Below, one piece after another: positions 49,901-63,070 of a stretch of 64,000 nucleotides of DNA. Position 1 is the first letter of the stretch, and each line of letters opens with the position of its first letter. The DNA is from Selaginella moellendorffii (lineage: Eukaryota > Plantae > Lycopodiophyta), in contig NW_003314268.1 in assembly GCF_000143415.4 (NCBI RefSeq), forward strand, positions 1,220,768 through 1,284,767, given 5' to 3'. The notes beneath the pieces were generated by a model. That model saw nothing but the letters and a program-made list of their open reading frames with translations. It did not search any database and had not been told where the DNA came from. The position numbers and the translations under genes are program-made.

Positions 49901-52900
49901 AGATTGAGTTGGTTAAGGGTGCTAAAGTGGTGGTTTGTCCCCTCTATTGTTTCAATGAAAAGGAATTTGAGGAGCTTAAATGCCAACTTAAGGAGTTGGT
50001 GGAAAAAAGGTATGTTAGATTGAGCAAGTCACAGTATGGTGCACTAGTGTTATTTGTGAAAAAGAAAGATGGATTTATGCATATGTGCATAGACTACCGG
50101 TTGCTCAACAAGTATATAAAGAAGAACAAGTACCTTTTACCAAGGATTGAGGATTTGTTCGATAGGTTAGGAAAAGTGAAATACTTCTCGAGGATTGATC
50201 TAAGGTCAAAATATTATCAGATTAGGGTAGTAAGAAGACAACCTATCGGACAAGGTATGGAAGCTTCGAGTTTCTAGTGATGCCCTTTGGGTTGTGCAAT
50301 ACACTAGTAACATTCTTGGCATTGATGAATTATATTTTGGTACCCTATCTAGATCATTTCGTGGTCGTTGATGACATCTTGATCTATAGCTAGATCCTAA
50401 AGGAGCATGCCGAACACTTGACGAAGGTGTTTGAAAAATTAAGGGAACACCAACTATATGCTAAAGAGAGCAAATGTGATTTTTCTCAATAAGAGGTAAA
50501 GTTTTTTGGGCATGTGGTAAGCAAAGACAAGCTCAAGGTGGGCTTTGAGAAGGTCCAAGTGATCTAAGAATGGGAACGATCATCGAATATACACGAGTTA
50601 AGGGCATTTCTAGGGCTATGCAACTACTACCAAAAGTTTATCAAACACTATTTGAGAGTAATTTTACCTTTAACGGACCAAACAGGAAAAAAGAAAATGG
50701 TATGGACAGTGGAATGTGAGGTGGCATTTGTCCACCTCAAAGGGAAGTTAAGGAAGGTTCCTGTATTGGCATTATTAGACTTTGGTAAAAACTTTGAGGT
50801 AGAAACGGATGCTTCAGACTTTGTGTTGGGCGTAATGTTGAAACAAAACAACTATTTAGTAGCATTCTTCTCAAAGAAGTTGGACAAGGCTTAACAAAAG
50901 TGGCCTGCCCATGAGAAGGAATTGTTTACGGTGGTCAAAGCGCTCGAGGAGTGGCAACACTACCTTGGAAGACACTTTAAAGTTTACACGGATAATGTGG
51001 CAATGAAACACTTCTTATCACAACCTAACTTGAGAGGGAAATAGAGTCGGTGGGCCAATGCTTTGGTTGAGTTTGATTGCGAAATTCTGTATAAACCTGG
51101 GAAGAGCAACATCATGGCAGATGCTCTAAGTCAAAAAGCAAATTTGAAGTTGGTGATATCCAGCATGACAACAACCTTTTGGGATGATATGCGGATAGCA
51201 TATGAGAACAATGGTCTATCACAAGAAGTGTTGCTGAGGAACCAAGAGGCATGGGAAGCTCATCAAAGAGGTGAGTTGCCAACGAAAGAGAAAACAAGCT
51301 ATGTAGAACATAATGGACTCATCTATTACAAACTGTAGCACATATGATCATGGGATGAGATTTGGATATACTGTCACCGTGGATCCTTAGAACCTTAGGG
51401 GATAAATGGGGATAAAATAGCCACTAACATCAAACAATTACCCTCTTTCTAGTTAACTTAAGGGGAGAGATATAAGGTGTGCTATAGTTGGTATCAGAGC
51501 AAATGGCACGGGTTCAATTCCCATTTGATTAGTGGCTACCTAAAATATAATATACCCTTGAGCAAGGTATATTCCTACCCTTAAATTTGAAAATCGTACA
51601 TATTGGACATCCATGCATACGTCCTTCCTCTTGTGGAGCATCCCAGATGAAGGTATCCACTGTGGGACTACGGTACAAGTGGATGACTAGTTGCCTCACA
51701 TGGAATAACTAGTTTACACAATAGAAAGATTGGTAGATTGAGTGTGAAAATAGAGGTGTTGGTTCCCCTTAGCTCAATAGGGGTGGTTAGTTAATAGTCA
51801 ATAAGGACATTGACATCTCTAAAGGGGGGGTGAGTGTAATATATGTGATCATGGGATAAGATTTGGATATACTGTCATCGTGGATCCTTGGAACCTTGGG
51901 GGATAAATGGGGATAAAATAGCCACTAAAGGCTCTCTCATCAAGCAATTCCCCCTTTTTCAGTTGGTTTAAGAGGAGAGAGATAAGGTGTGCTACACAAA
52001 CAAACAAGGGTGTATGTTCCAGAAGGAGAACTAAGGAAAGTAGCTTTAGAAGAGTGTTATGATGGACTTCTTGTAAGACATGGCGGAATGCCTAAAATGA
52101 TAGGTTTACTCAAGAGGAAGTATCACTAGCCAGATATGGCTAAGGATGTTCAAGACTATATAAAGACATGTCCAACATGTTAATAGGTCAAAGTTGTGAC
52201 CAAGGCTAGTGGGGGCTTGTTACAAAACATCTCAATTTCAGATTGTCCGTGGAAATGTTTTACGATGGACTCCATCACAAGACTCCCCCCAAATGAGGGG
52301 TTTGATGCGATATTCGTGATGGTGTGCACACGTGGATGTATAAAAAAATCAAGAAAAAATTAAAAACACATAGCTTGAATTACTATTGCAGCACAACTCA
52401 TCAGTAGGGTAAAACTAACTTGTCTCTAGACTAATTTTCGAAGATGGCATATTTCATACCTACCACAACGGAAGTGGATGCAAAAGGTGTGGCGAAGTTC
52501 TTCTTTGAGCAAGTGGTTCGAGTGCGGAGAAGGCCAGAAGAGATTATCTTAGATCGAGATAAGATCTTTACTAATACGTTTTGGAGAACTCTTTTGGAAT
52601 AGTATCGTACCAAGTTGAAATTTAACACAACCTATCACTCACAGACAAATATTGGGTATTAAATCAAGTTTGATAGCACTAACACTTCTTGATAGACAAA
52701 CAAATGGAAAAGGTGAATAGGAAGCTAAAGGATTATTTGCGATGCTATGTCTCTAGAGACCAGACTGATTGGGTAAGTCATTTGGGATTTGCAGAAATGT
52801 GCTATAACAACTCACCACACTCGAGTATTGGGGTGAGTCCATGGGAAGTCATCAATGGGTGAGCTATTGAAGGTCCTGTAGAACTCGACGTGGCCGAGTA

Positions 52901-54081
52901 TCATAAAAAATTACCCATAGTGGAGGCATTTATGGCAAAAAGACTCAACATTTGGAATTTAATGAGGGATTCCTTGGAATGGGCTCAACAAAGACAAACC
53001 AAGTATGCAAACTAGAAGCACTAGGATGTAGAGTTCCAACCTGGGAAGAAGGTGTGGTTGAACACCAAAAATTTAAAACTACCAAGTGGGATCAGTCGAA
53101 AGTTGACCCAAAGGTAAAAATGCATGTATTCCTAGAAATGAATTGATCTTGAGTTCCTTAAGCAGGTTCGCGGGGCCTTACGAGATTAAGGCATGAATTG
53201 GTAAGGTGGCTTACCACCTTTGACTTCCTCGAGAGATGAGGAAAATACACCTCGTGTTCCATATGAACTTACTCAAGCCATACTTTGAGGATCCCCTTCA
53301 TAAGGACTAAATAAGACATTTACCTAAGGTTATCCAAGGGGAAGAGGAATACGAAGTTGAGGCTATCCTCAATATGCACAAGAGCAAGCGACAAGGATGT
53401 GAGGTGAAGGAGTTTCATGTGAAGTGGAAAAGATTTCCATATTACGAACTAACATGGGAACCGAAAAAGAACCTAGCGAACACATGGATTTAGTGGAGGA
53501 ATTTTTGCAAGGTAGAACTCTATGTACTTATGCAAAGTTCAATTAAAGAATCTATTTTGAAAAATTGAGCAATATCATATGTTGGGACCTGAAAGTACGC
53601 TGAAGGTAAGCTAATTAGCATGGGTTAGCTAAATCGACCAAGCGTAAGGAGCTACACCCGACTCCCTGTGGAGATGTCAAATCCGTAAATGTATTCTATG
53701 GAGGTTGGGTTTGAGTCCAAACCCTCTAGTAAAGCAAGACTAAGTTCAAGTCCCAACCCCATACTAGGGCGTAGTGAGGGGAGGGGTATAGGAAGACTTA
53801 TATTTCGTTGTCATGGGCTCTTAGTTGGGGAGGCTAACTTAGGCACACTACTAAGTGGGATGATGCCCCTGGAGACATGGTCAACAAGTTGTAGGATTAA
53901 AAAGAGGCGTTCGATATGAGCATCAAACTTTTTCTATGGGTGGTGGTGTTGTAAAAAACCAACTCCCCAAAATGTTGAAGGTTAAAGGATCCTCGAAAAT
54001 ACGACCAAAATGATAAAGAGTTTATCGGATGAAACCAAGTCCAAAATCGAGTTCGAAACTGACTCTAAGACCAAGTCCAAG
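46955..54081 (+). mobile_element. Chromovirus copy 2 (heavily mutated) with chromodomain; 3' LTR truncated
   Basis: Collinear with 4718-10483. LTR 46955-48002, PBS 48006-48017, chromodomain EEEYEVEAIL...FHVKWK.FP....TWEP..NL at ~53341-53480, PPT at ~53938-53948, 3' LTR starting at 53950. Confidence 0.93.
51334..51996 (+). mobile_element. TRIM (miniature LTR retrotransposon, 663 bp)
   Basis: Direct repeats at 51334-51486 and 51835-51996, PBS TGGTATCAGAGC at 51489-51500, PPT AAAGGGGGGGTGAG at 51821-51834, TSD CAAAC. Absent from copy 1 at ~9265. Confidence 0.93.
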
Positions 54082-55827
54082 AAGTTTGGTTTTACTAAAA
54101 ATGTTTTTTTTTTATCAAAAAGAATTTGTGACCATTCAACACTTTCATGGCTGGTCTACACATTTATAACATTTAACATGACATTTAGTAAACCAATCCT
54201 TCAAATATTATTTATATCTCATCCTTCTTGAAACATAACATTGCAGCCCATCCCTAGATTGCCGCCTTATTCTTGTGTGCCAAACAAGAAAGATGTTGGT
54301 CTTTGCTCACAATCGAAACACTTCCCCAATTTAAGGTCCTTTGTTTATTTTGCCTTCTCCTGGGGTGTCATCTCTTTCTATGGTTTCTTGTCTCTTGTTC
54401 CACTGGTCACAATAGAGTTGTTTTCAGTGCAATTAAATGGCAAGATCTCTCATGACAGTTGGATCCATCCAACAATATGCTCTAGTCATCAAAATGCCTT
54501 TCAATCTCACAAAATCATTGATTGGCATTGAGTGTTGCCAAATAGAAGCTAATTTTGCTTGAGCTACATCCACTGTTAAAGTTGTCGGAAGGGAAACAAT
54601 ATAACATTGTATGAGTACCTCTAGTACCCCCACTATCTCGTATGATTGAGGAAGCAAGCTTTGTTGAAAGCTTGAAGATCTTGCTTCTGCCACTCGTATT
54701 GCAAGTCACAAAGATTGTTGAATGGTGTCAAGATAAACATCTCCTCTAGCATCTTCTTGAACTGTGGCCAAGAGGAAAAGATTCCTTCTTGCTCCAGACT
54801 GTGAAACCATTCTGAAGCAAGCTCCTTCAAGTACATAGCCGCAAATGGAACCTTCTTGTGGTCCTTCTGCTTCCTGAAGACAAAATTCCTTTCCAATTGC
54901 CTGATCCATTCTTGCAGCTTCAATTGGTCATTTGCCCCATTGTCTTGATCCACTGGAAATTTCTCTAGATCCTGCCATCTGGAGGTTTGAGGTCCCCAAC
55001 CCAAGATCCCTTTGCCCGCTAGAAGATCCACCTGACAAATCTTGTCAAGGAGATCCTCATACCAGGGTGTCTACTCGATTATTGGTAGCGGCCGAGAACT
55101 AGAATCGACAAAGACTTCCTCCTTCGAAGATGATCTTCGTTAAGTCCCCCTCCTTCGAGCCATGCAGCCCCCAGTCCACTAGCAAGCCTGAACTATTTGT
55201 CACTGATCTGCTGCAACACCAATGCTGTGGCATGCTCCAAAGACTGCAAGGTTTGCTGGAGTTGATCTTGCTGGCTCACTAATTGCTTATGGTTTTCAAG
55301 ATACTGCTGCATAAACGATTGAAGTGCCCCTTCAACTCATTCACCAATTCCCCAGCCATGGTGTGCTATGGCGATTCCTCCAAGTCTGGAACAACGTTGA
55401 TGCTTGATCCGCCTCCTCCTCCCGTCGATCTTGTGATTTCTTGATCGCCCACAGAATGGTGCTTATATTTGGATCCTCGCCATACCACACTGCCAAAGAC
55501 AAAAACCTCGACTGCCCACGAAGAAACCTTACCACACAACGGAGGACGGATCCCAGATCACAATGAAACCCATCACAATGGAAATTGCTGGCAATTGGCA
55601 TGGCAGATCTGTCACTTTCAGCCCTCACTAGAAGAAACAGCTCCAATACCAAATGAAAGGAGTGAATCATAGTATCGATCATTCCCCAATATCTCATGAA
55701 TCAAAGGGAATATAAGAAAGAGAATGAATAGGAAAGGAGGAAGACATGGAGAAAGAAAATGAAAAACCTTCCATACTCTATTAGCCATATATCCTACGTT
55801 CCGTACAATCCAGTCTGTAACAGCTGC

Positions 55828-58800
55828 TGTTTCAATTTCGGTAGGTGTCTTGTTGTGAGCATGTTTAGACCATGGTACTTTGAAACGAGATGCATACCTG
55901 CTGAAGTGCAGCAGCCGATTCTAGCTCGTAAGTATTTTGCTCGTGACAATGTTGTGGTGCAAGCGTGAGCAAGTCAGCGTGGAGCAGCTCGCAACCAACC
56001 TGTTTATTGCGAGACACTGATGATAACTTGGAAACCAAGTACGTGGGTTATGGTTCTGGACTGCTGCATGATTATGGTTCTGGACTGCTTCTAGAATGTC
56101 CGTTCTTTTCTCAGATTTAAACATGGCTCAAACATCAGGATGCCTCGGCTGATGACTTGGAAGTCTCATTTTGCAGTCGTGTTCTAAAGTTTATCTTAAC
56201 GCATGGAGAGCTAGAAATGCTCGTTCCTTCACAGGAGGCATGATCTTGCTATTGTTTACTTATTTGTCTAAACATGCCCACTGAACCATCAGGAATCTCC
56301 CTCTTTTCCCCATGTCTTCGGGATCAGGTACTCATAAGGCTTGAAGAATGTCCTCAAACACAGGTTGGATTTCAGGACTTTGACATGATTCAATTACACC
56401 GGCTTGAGCCACGGGTTTTGACCATCTGCGGTCCCAAGGGGCGATGAATGGAAGCCACAATTAATGGACTTTATGAAGGATTAAATGTGGCAGATTTCTA
56501 AGAAATTCTAGAAGAGTATTTGACGTCGTATGTGCGAGAAAGTGCTCAACATGTTTGGTTTTGTTCTTCAGTTTTTGTCTTTCTCAAAAAGAAGTGTCCC
56601 AAGGATTCCCTCAATGGCTCCTGTTTTGGATCTTGTCTTTGAACCTGATTGTCTTGCTTGGTTTCAGGATGAACTGGATGAGACAGAATCATCAAGAGGT
56701 TTGTGGAGTATTACCGAGATCAACCACTAGGCAGAGTAAAAACTCCTGGTCCATCTGTGGAGCAGCGATCTAGAGTCGAGAGTGACCCTTAAAGGTGACG
56801 ATCAATGCACCGGACATCCAAGATTGCAAGTATTGCAGTGAGGCGCCTGCAGAGTTTGGAAGGATATCCAGTTAAAAGAGGAGCTTAACGTGAATACAGA
56901 GCCAGTTCCATGGGTAAGTTCTCGGATCATCAGCGTTTCTTACTCGCTTTTTTCGTGGGCTAGGTCATTGGTGGTGATGACGATAATCTCCCGTTAATTA
57001 ACACGATTGTGTCCAGCGTGACACCAACACCCCAGAAAGAGATTTCTCCTGGCACCTTGGCACCACGACGAAACACGCAAATCGGTTGGAGTTGGATCCG
57101 ATATGGTGTCAATGGCTGGAATGTTTGGAGCTGCGCTGATACAAGGCCGGGTTTTCATCACCAAGGATTATCACTGTGCCAGGCACAAAGGATGCAACAG
57201 GTTTCTAGACTCCTTCTCGACCAAAAATTTATTTAATTAATATTAACTAATATTTTAACCAGTTACTCTATAGAATAAACTAAGATATTCCATGATGTGG
57301 ACTGCACATGAAGCTCGCCAGTGTCCTCCAGAATTCATAAAACTACAAGCGAGAGGTGTCCCTCGATCTTCATTCTTTCGGTAGCACAAAGTAGCAAGAA
57401 CTAAACAAGAAAAACCCTTTACTACTGCAGCTTTCTGGAACACACCTCGAAAGCTCGCAACCAATAAGTTGTGTCTGATTTGCTCTCAAAGTAATCACTG
57501 GTGTTCCTTTACAAGCTCCCAGGTCTGCTGCAATCTCAATGTTGAGATATCTCATCTAGTAGCAGAGCTCGATGAACAGGTTGAGACTTACAACAAGAGT
57601 GTGGATGGTCGTTCCTCCAATCTTCTACTGCATGGTGATTCCTTGAGACGTGCTAAACTTATGCAATTTCGCGTTCAGAATCGTAAGGAGAGAACGTTCA
57701 AACACTGCATCCAATGTAATTTTGGACCTTAGCCTCCCTAATCAAGCTTATTACTCGCTGTTTTGAGGTTTCTTGTGTTTGCAATGATCACTGTCCAGAT
57801 TGCTTCTTCTTCGAGTAGTTCTAGGGAGCTCTTTAGTTTGGATGAAGCTGTTTTGGCATAGCAGCAAGCAATTCTTCACTTGTGAATCTTCCAGAGATGG
57901 ATGATTGGAAGGAGGAATTGGACAACAACAATATGAACAAGAAGTTGTGATCACAAGGACGAGGAGGAGGAGGATGACAAGACTGCCATGAATCATGACC
58001 ACAAGAAGAAAAGAAATAGTATTATCCCTAGGAAGTCATCAGATACAATGTGATGATCAAATGCATTTTCCTCAAAGCACCAAAAATATCTAAATTTTCA
58101 AAAGGATTTTTGCCCGCGAACGATAGCGGTGGCCGGCACATACAACAATACGAAGCCAAGCCCTAACACTTATTTTTTCCTGTCTCTCACGCCATGGTGC
58201 TCGTCCTCGTCGGAAGTCCTCTACTACTGCAGGCTTCTGGAACATACCTCCAAAGCTTGCCACTCCCTACAACCCGTAAGTTTAAAGTTTCGTTGTCTGA
58301 TTTCCACTCGAAACTAATCACTGGTGTTTCCTCCTAAGCTGCTACGCCTGTTTGGATCACTACTCCCGTCAATGGCTATGCTGAGCTAGTCGCAGAGCTC
58401 GACGAACAGGATGAGACTTTTCCAATGGATGCTGGTTCCTTCAATGATGATTATTCAGGCGTTGCAGGATTGGCTCCTGCCACAGTTCAGGTATGGTATC
58501 GGTTTTTTCTTGCTGCACTGCTTCTTTGTTTATATGAGACTGATGAAAATTTCTTAAACCAAGCACGAGGATGATTTCGAGCTGCTGCATCCTCAGATAG
58601 CTGGGCTTGTGGAGGATAATCACGAGCTACAAGTCCCGGCTGATGTTACAATTTCGGTATGTGTCTTTTTATCCTTTTTAGTCCAATTGGTGATCACTCG
58701 CAGTAAACAGGTGGGTTACGAACTTCTCCACGCCGACTTGCTCCCGCAACATTGTCACGAGCAAAATACTTACGAGCCAGAATCGGCTGCTGCACTTCAG

Positions 58801-60630
58801 CAAGTATGTTTCTTGTTTCAAAGTACCATTGTCTAAACATGCTCACAACAATCAGGTTGATACCTGGGAAACCATAATACAGGGAGAGCTAGAAATGCTC
58901 GTGCCTTCACAATCCTTCATCCCTCCTGAGGTATGGTCTTGCTACAGTTTTCTTATTTGTCTTAACATGCCCACTGAACCATCAGGAATCTGTGAATGCT
59001 GGTCTGGAGCTACTGCCCCTGTTCCCAATGTCTTCGGGAGACTGTCAGGTACTCATAAGGCGTGAAGAATGTCCTCAAACACAAGTTGGATTTCAGAACT
59101 TGAAATGATTCAATAACACCGGCTTGAGCTCGAGCTCCCACGCCACATATGTGCTGTCAAAGATGTCAAGAGGAGGACCCGGGTTTGCGGCTTGGAGTTT
59201 ATGAAGGATTGGTTTCAAATGCAGATTTCTAAGAAATTATAGACTATTTTACGTTGCCTGTGCGAGAAAGTTAGTGCTCAACACGTTTGGTTTTGTTCTT
59301 GAAGTTTAGATCCCATCATAGTCAACCTTGCTTGCCTTCCTCAAAAAGATGAAAGGAAATCTCTACAAGGTAATATTACCAAGATCAACCACTTCCACGA
59401 CCTCGGCGACGGGGCAGCGATCTGAAGTCGAGAGCGAGCAGGACACCTCCACCCTTGAAGATGACGATCAATGTGCCGCACATCCAGGATTGCAAGCGTT
59501 GCAGTGAAGCAACTGCAGAGTTTGATTGCGGGAAGGATCCATCCTAGAANNNNNNNNNNNNNNNNNNNNNNNNNNNNNNNNNNNNNNNNNNNNNNNNNNN
59601 NNNNNNNNNNNNNNNNNNNNNNNNNNNNNNNNNNNNNNNNNNNNNNNNNTTAAAAGAGGAGCTTGACCTGAGTACAGAGACAGTTCCATGGGTAAGTGCT
59701 TGGATCATCAGCGTTTCTTACTCGCTTTTTTCGTGGAACAGGTCATTGGTGGTGATGACGATAATCTCCCGTTAACTAACACGACGCGTCCAGCGTGAGA
59801 TTTGGTTGCACCAACATCCCAGAAACTATAGACATTTCTCCTGGCCCCTTACCACGACGAGACGCGCAAATCGGTTGGAGTTGGATCCGATATGGTGTCA
59901 ATGGCCGGAATGTTTGGAGCTGCGCTGATACAAGGCCGGGTTTTCATCACCAAGGATTATCACTGTGCCAGGCACAAAGGATGCAACAGGTTTCTAGACT
60001 CTTTGATTATTGCTTCTCGACTATAATATATAATCTCAGGATCCAACCACACTCGCTGGTCGTGCTACTTTGTTCCCGAGGCATCTGAGGAGTGCATGGC
60101 AAGGGCACTGCGGCTAGCTTCGCAAAAACTGGCCCAGGACGTGGGAAGTATCAAGGAGTTTAGTGGCAATCATTGGAATGGTAGAATTCCAAGGTGAGAA
60201 AAAGGTTTTTCTCATCAGTAACGTAGTATAATCTTGTTTTAGTTTCTAGGGGGAGCCTTGGAAAGCAATTGGACCTACAAGCTCATGGCACATGATAATG
60301 CAAATCTGGATGCCGCGGCCTCTGTTGAGCATTCATGTGAGACAGGGTGACAGCCAGGGAAATGAAAGTAGTTCGCCAGTGTCCTCTGGAAGAGATTCCC
60401 GCAAGTAAGAAATGTGTGGCTTTCAACAGAAATGCAGGTACAAAAACCATTGACAAGGATTTAATCCCACAAGATTTGAATGTGTGTAGAACTTCGTGGA
60501 TGAATCAAAGGAGTACAAAGGCTGGAATTTTTATTACAGCGATATTCCAAGGCAAGTTGGAACAATCAGAATGGCATAGTATATGGCGTTGCTTGGAGAC
60601 AAGCAAGCGTTTGACACTGCCTTCGTAAAC
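55828..60630 (+). pseudogene. Tandemly duplicated degenerate multi-exon gene fragments, family unknown
   Basis: 56205-57210 is repeated at ~58883-60000, with the shared peptide QIGWSWIRYGVNG.NVWSCADTRPGFHHQGLSLCQAQRMQQVSRL. Short GT-AG intron-like segments, many stops. Confidence 0.45.
59550..59649. other. Assembly gap (100 N)
   Basis: Run of N. Confidence 1.
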
Positions 60631-60993
60631 TTGGTAATGGGGCCCAAGTGTCCTGAAGGAGAAGGTGAAACCCCGATCGGTTAGAGAGGTGGTGGAGCAT
60701 GTGGCTCCCTTGCTGTGAGGTCCACTCTGACTCTATCCTACGCCCATATGGGGGGCGAGACATTGACCTAGACATGGTATACTGGTGGAGACCACAGCCT
60801 CTTTTGGTACAAGATTAGACCCACATGTGACATGTGAGAGTATCACTATGTAGTTTCATAAGAGGGCAGAACATTTAGTTTTTATATTAGTCCCTATGGG
60901 ACATTGGGAATGTACATATATATCTCATCCACTTGGAGTTATATAAGTGATTAATTGACGTTAACCCTTTTTTATCTTATCTTTATCAATGCC

Positions 60994-61093
60994 NNNNNNN
61001 NNNNNNNNNNNNNNNNNNNNNNNNNNNNNNNNNNNNNNNNNNNNNNNNNNNNNNNNNNNNNNNNNNNNNNNNNNNNNNNNNNNNNNNNNNNNN
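60994..61093. other. Assembly gap (100 N)
   Basis: Run of N. Confidence 1.
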
Positions 61094-61989
61094 CATGAAA
61101 GAACTCCTCAACACACTCTTATGGAAAGTGTTGGAGGAAAGTCATAAAATTGACCCTCATGGCTTAATTCGTCTAAAGAAACTAGAAACATTGTGATTTT
61201 CCCGTCTCAACAGCACCAAAGCATAACTACACTGCATCCATTCTTTAAACAAAGAGGATGGCAAGAATGCATATGGTTTTGAGACTAAGTATGTAGAGGT
61301 CATCTAGGATCTTCAAACTAGAAGAGCAAATATGTTTTTTAGCTTCTCTGTGTTTTGTGCATCTAACAATGATCCCAACAGACAGATTGATGCCACACCA
61401 AGTCTGATGCAACTTGCCACTGAAGCTCCAGCCATGGAACAAACAAGGGTGTGAGTACTTCATTGTAAAACTAATGAATCAACATCAAGGAAGCAGCACC
61501 AACATGACATAGAGATGTCAAACCTCTTTCGCAGCAACCAGGGCAAGACCCTACTACCTATACTTTGCAAGCGCTTGGGCCTACATCTACAAGGTGGTGC
61601 CAGCAAGTCCAGAAAAAAAGCTATGTCAAGAACTTACTGTAGTTTTATTTGGACCAAAGTTACTTTTTATACTTTAATCAAGCTAGATCCAATTCAATAT
61701 GAAATCATGGAAGATTTCAAGTATATTTTTCCCCACCACCAGGATGATCAAGAGAAGCCTTTCAAAAGAATGGTCCAAATGGAAATGGTGGCAGTGGTGG
61801 CAGTGATAACTCATCATCCAGCAGCTATCTTACAGTTTAGAACTGATTTAATAGCCAGCTAGAACTATCAAAAACTTTCTAGAAACTCAAGAGTTCACAT
61901 AGAAAAAATGAAAGAATGAACAATGTAGGAACCATTGGATAAAAAAGAATTATATCTAATAAAATATGTATAGTTGCTATACATCTTAG

Positions 61990-63070
61990 GGCCTACTTGT
62001 GAAGAAGAGGTTAAGGGCTTGTGCCAGCCCATTACCACCCAAAGCGGCCCTTGACTGGCTTTCATGGGGCAGGCACAACCCAGTTAAGCAGCTCTTGTCA
62101 TATTTTAATTGGATTAATAAAATTTTGGAGAATTTGTTCATGCCATGTAAGCAATAATATAGGTCCTCTAGAACTGTACAAGCCATGTCAACTATATATA
62201 AACAATCAAAGAGAATAAATTTATAGAAGTTCAAATATAAAGGGAAAAAGGTTTATAAATAGAAGTTTGTCCAATCAATTAAAGGTTTTGGGATAATTAA
62301 AATTAAATATACTTAGGCAATAGTGAGATCAACTTAACTGGGGCATGCCTTTCTGTGAAGGCTGATTAACATGTATATGCTCCCCTATTAACCTCTCATG
62401 GCTCACCAGGCTTCTGTCTAGATTGCCATATTATTGACAATAATAACTCCTATAACTTGTATCACACTTTTCGGAGCCATTTGACTTGAACTGTTATACA
62501 TGATAGTATGAAAGTGGGAGGTATGGTGTGCAATTTGTAAACCATATGTAGATAATCACATGAAAGCATCTCAAAAACTGAACACACAAGACTCTCCACA
62601 TGTTGTCCTACAATAAATCTATAATTTTATGACTATGATTTGGCCATCAGATGGCCATGGCAAATTTCCATTATCACTCCATAGATGCATATGCATGGAC
62701 CATTCATTCATTGATTCAACATGAGCATAACTTTGATTTGGTCAGTACTTTGTTTTGGTCCCTAATATTATTGCCCAAGATGGGATTTAATCAGTATGGT
62801 AGATGAGTTTTCTAGCAAAAGGTGAAGTCTATCTTCTATTTGTAGATCATTCATTTTTTCCTATTACAATGTCAAAACTATCTAACATATGTTATTTGTT
62901 GATGGCATATGTGAAAGCAGCTGGTTTGTGTAGACTTTTCAATTTACCTTTTTTAATTGGAGAACCAGGTCTAGTGGAGGATAAAGAATATAGTGTTATG
63001 TATCACGACATTGATATGTTTGATAAATCAAGTGTTGAGAGTGAGATAGAGATGTTTCTGAGGTAAGTTA
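61990..63070 (+). pseudogene. Possible intron-containing KDZ-type transposase relic
   Basis: Fragments in plausible order: GHAFL*RLINM (~62341), ESGRYG (~62511), YDLAIRWPW...IITP*MHMHG (~62630-62700) and KAAGLC...GEP (~62915-62970). Weak resemblance, judged by eye only. Confidence 0.25.

Larger units (their letters stand above)
43341..55822 (-). mobile_element. Ty3/gypsy element with short LTRs; host of nested insertions
   Basis: LTRs at 43341-43499 and 55654-55822 with TSD GCTGC (43336-43340, 55823-55827). PBS TGGTATTGGAGC at ~55651-55640, PPT at ~43500-43510. Gag LQEWIRQLERNF, RT SWRLCLDY..VFVDNILIYS, integrase IISDRDPKF and PRFFGPF. Confidence 0.92.

Noticed and set aside
51489-51525. Genuine tRNA gene
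   Set aside because: There is no anticodon arm or acceptor stem, and it lies within a TRIM.
59468-59689. ORFs spanning the N-run
   Set aside because: Artefacts of the assembly gap.
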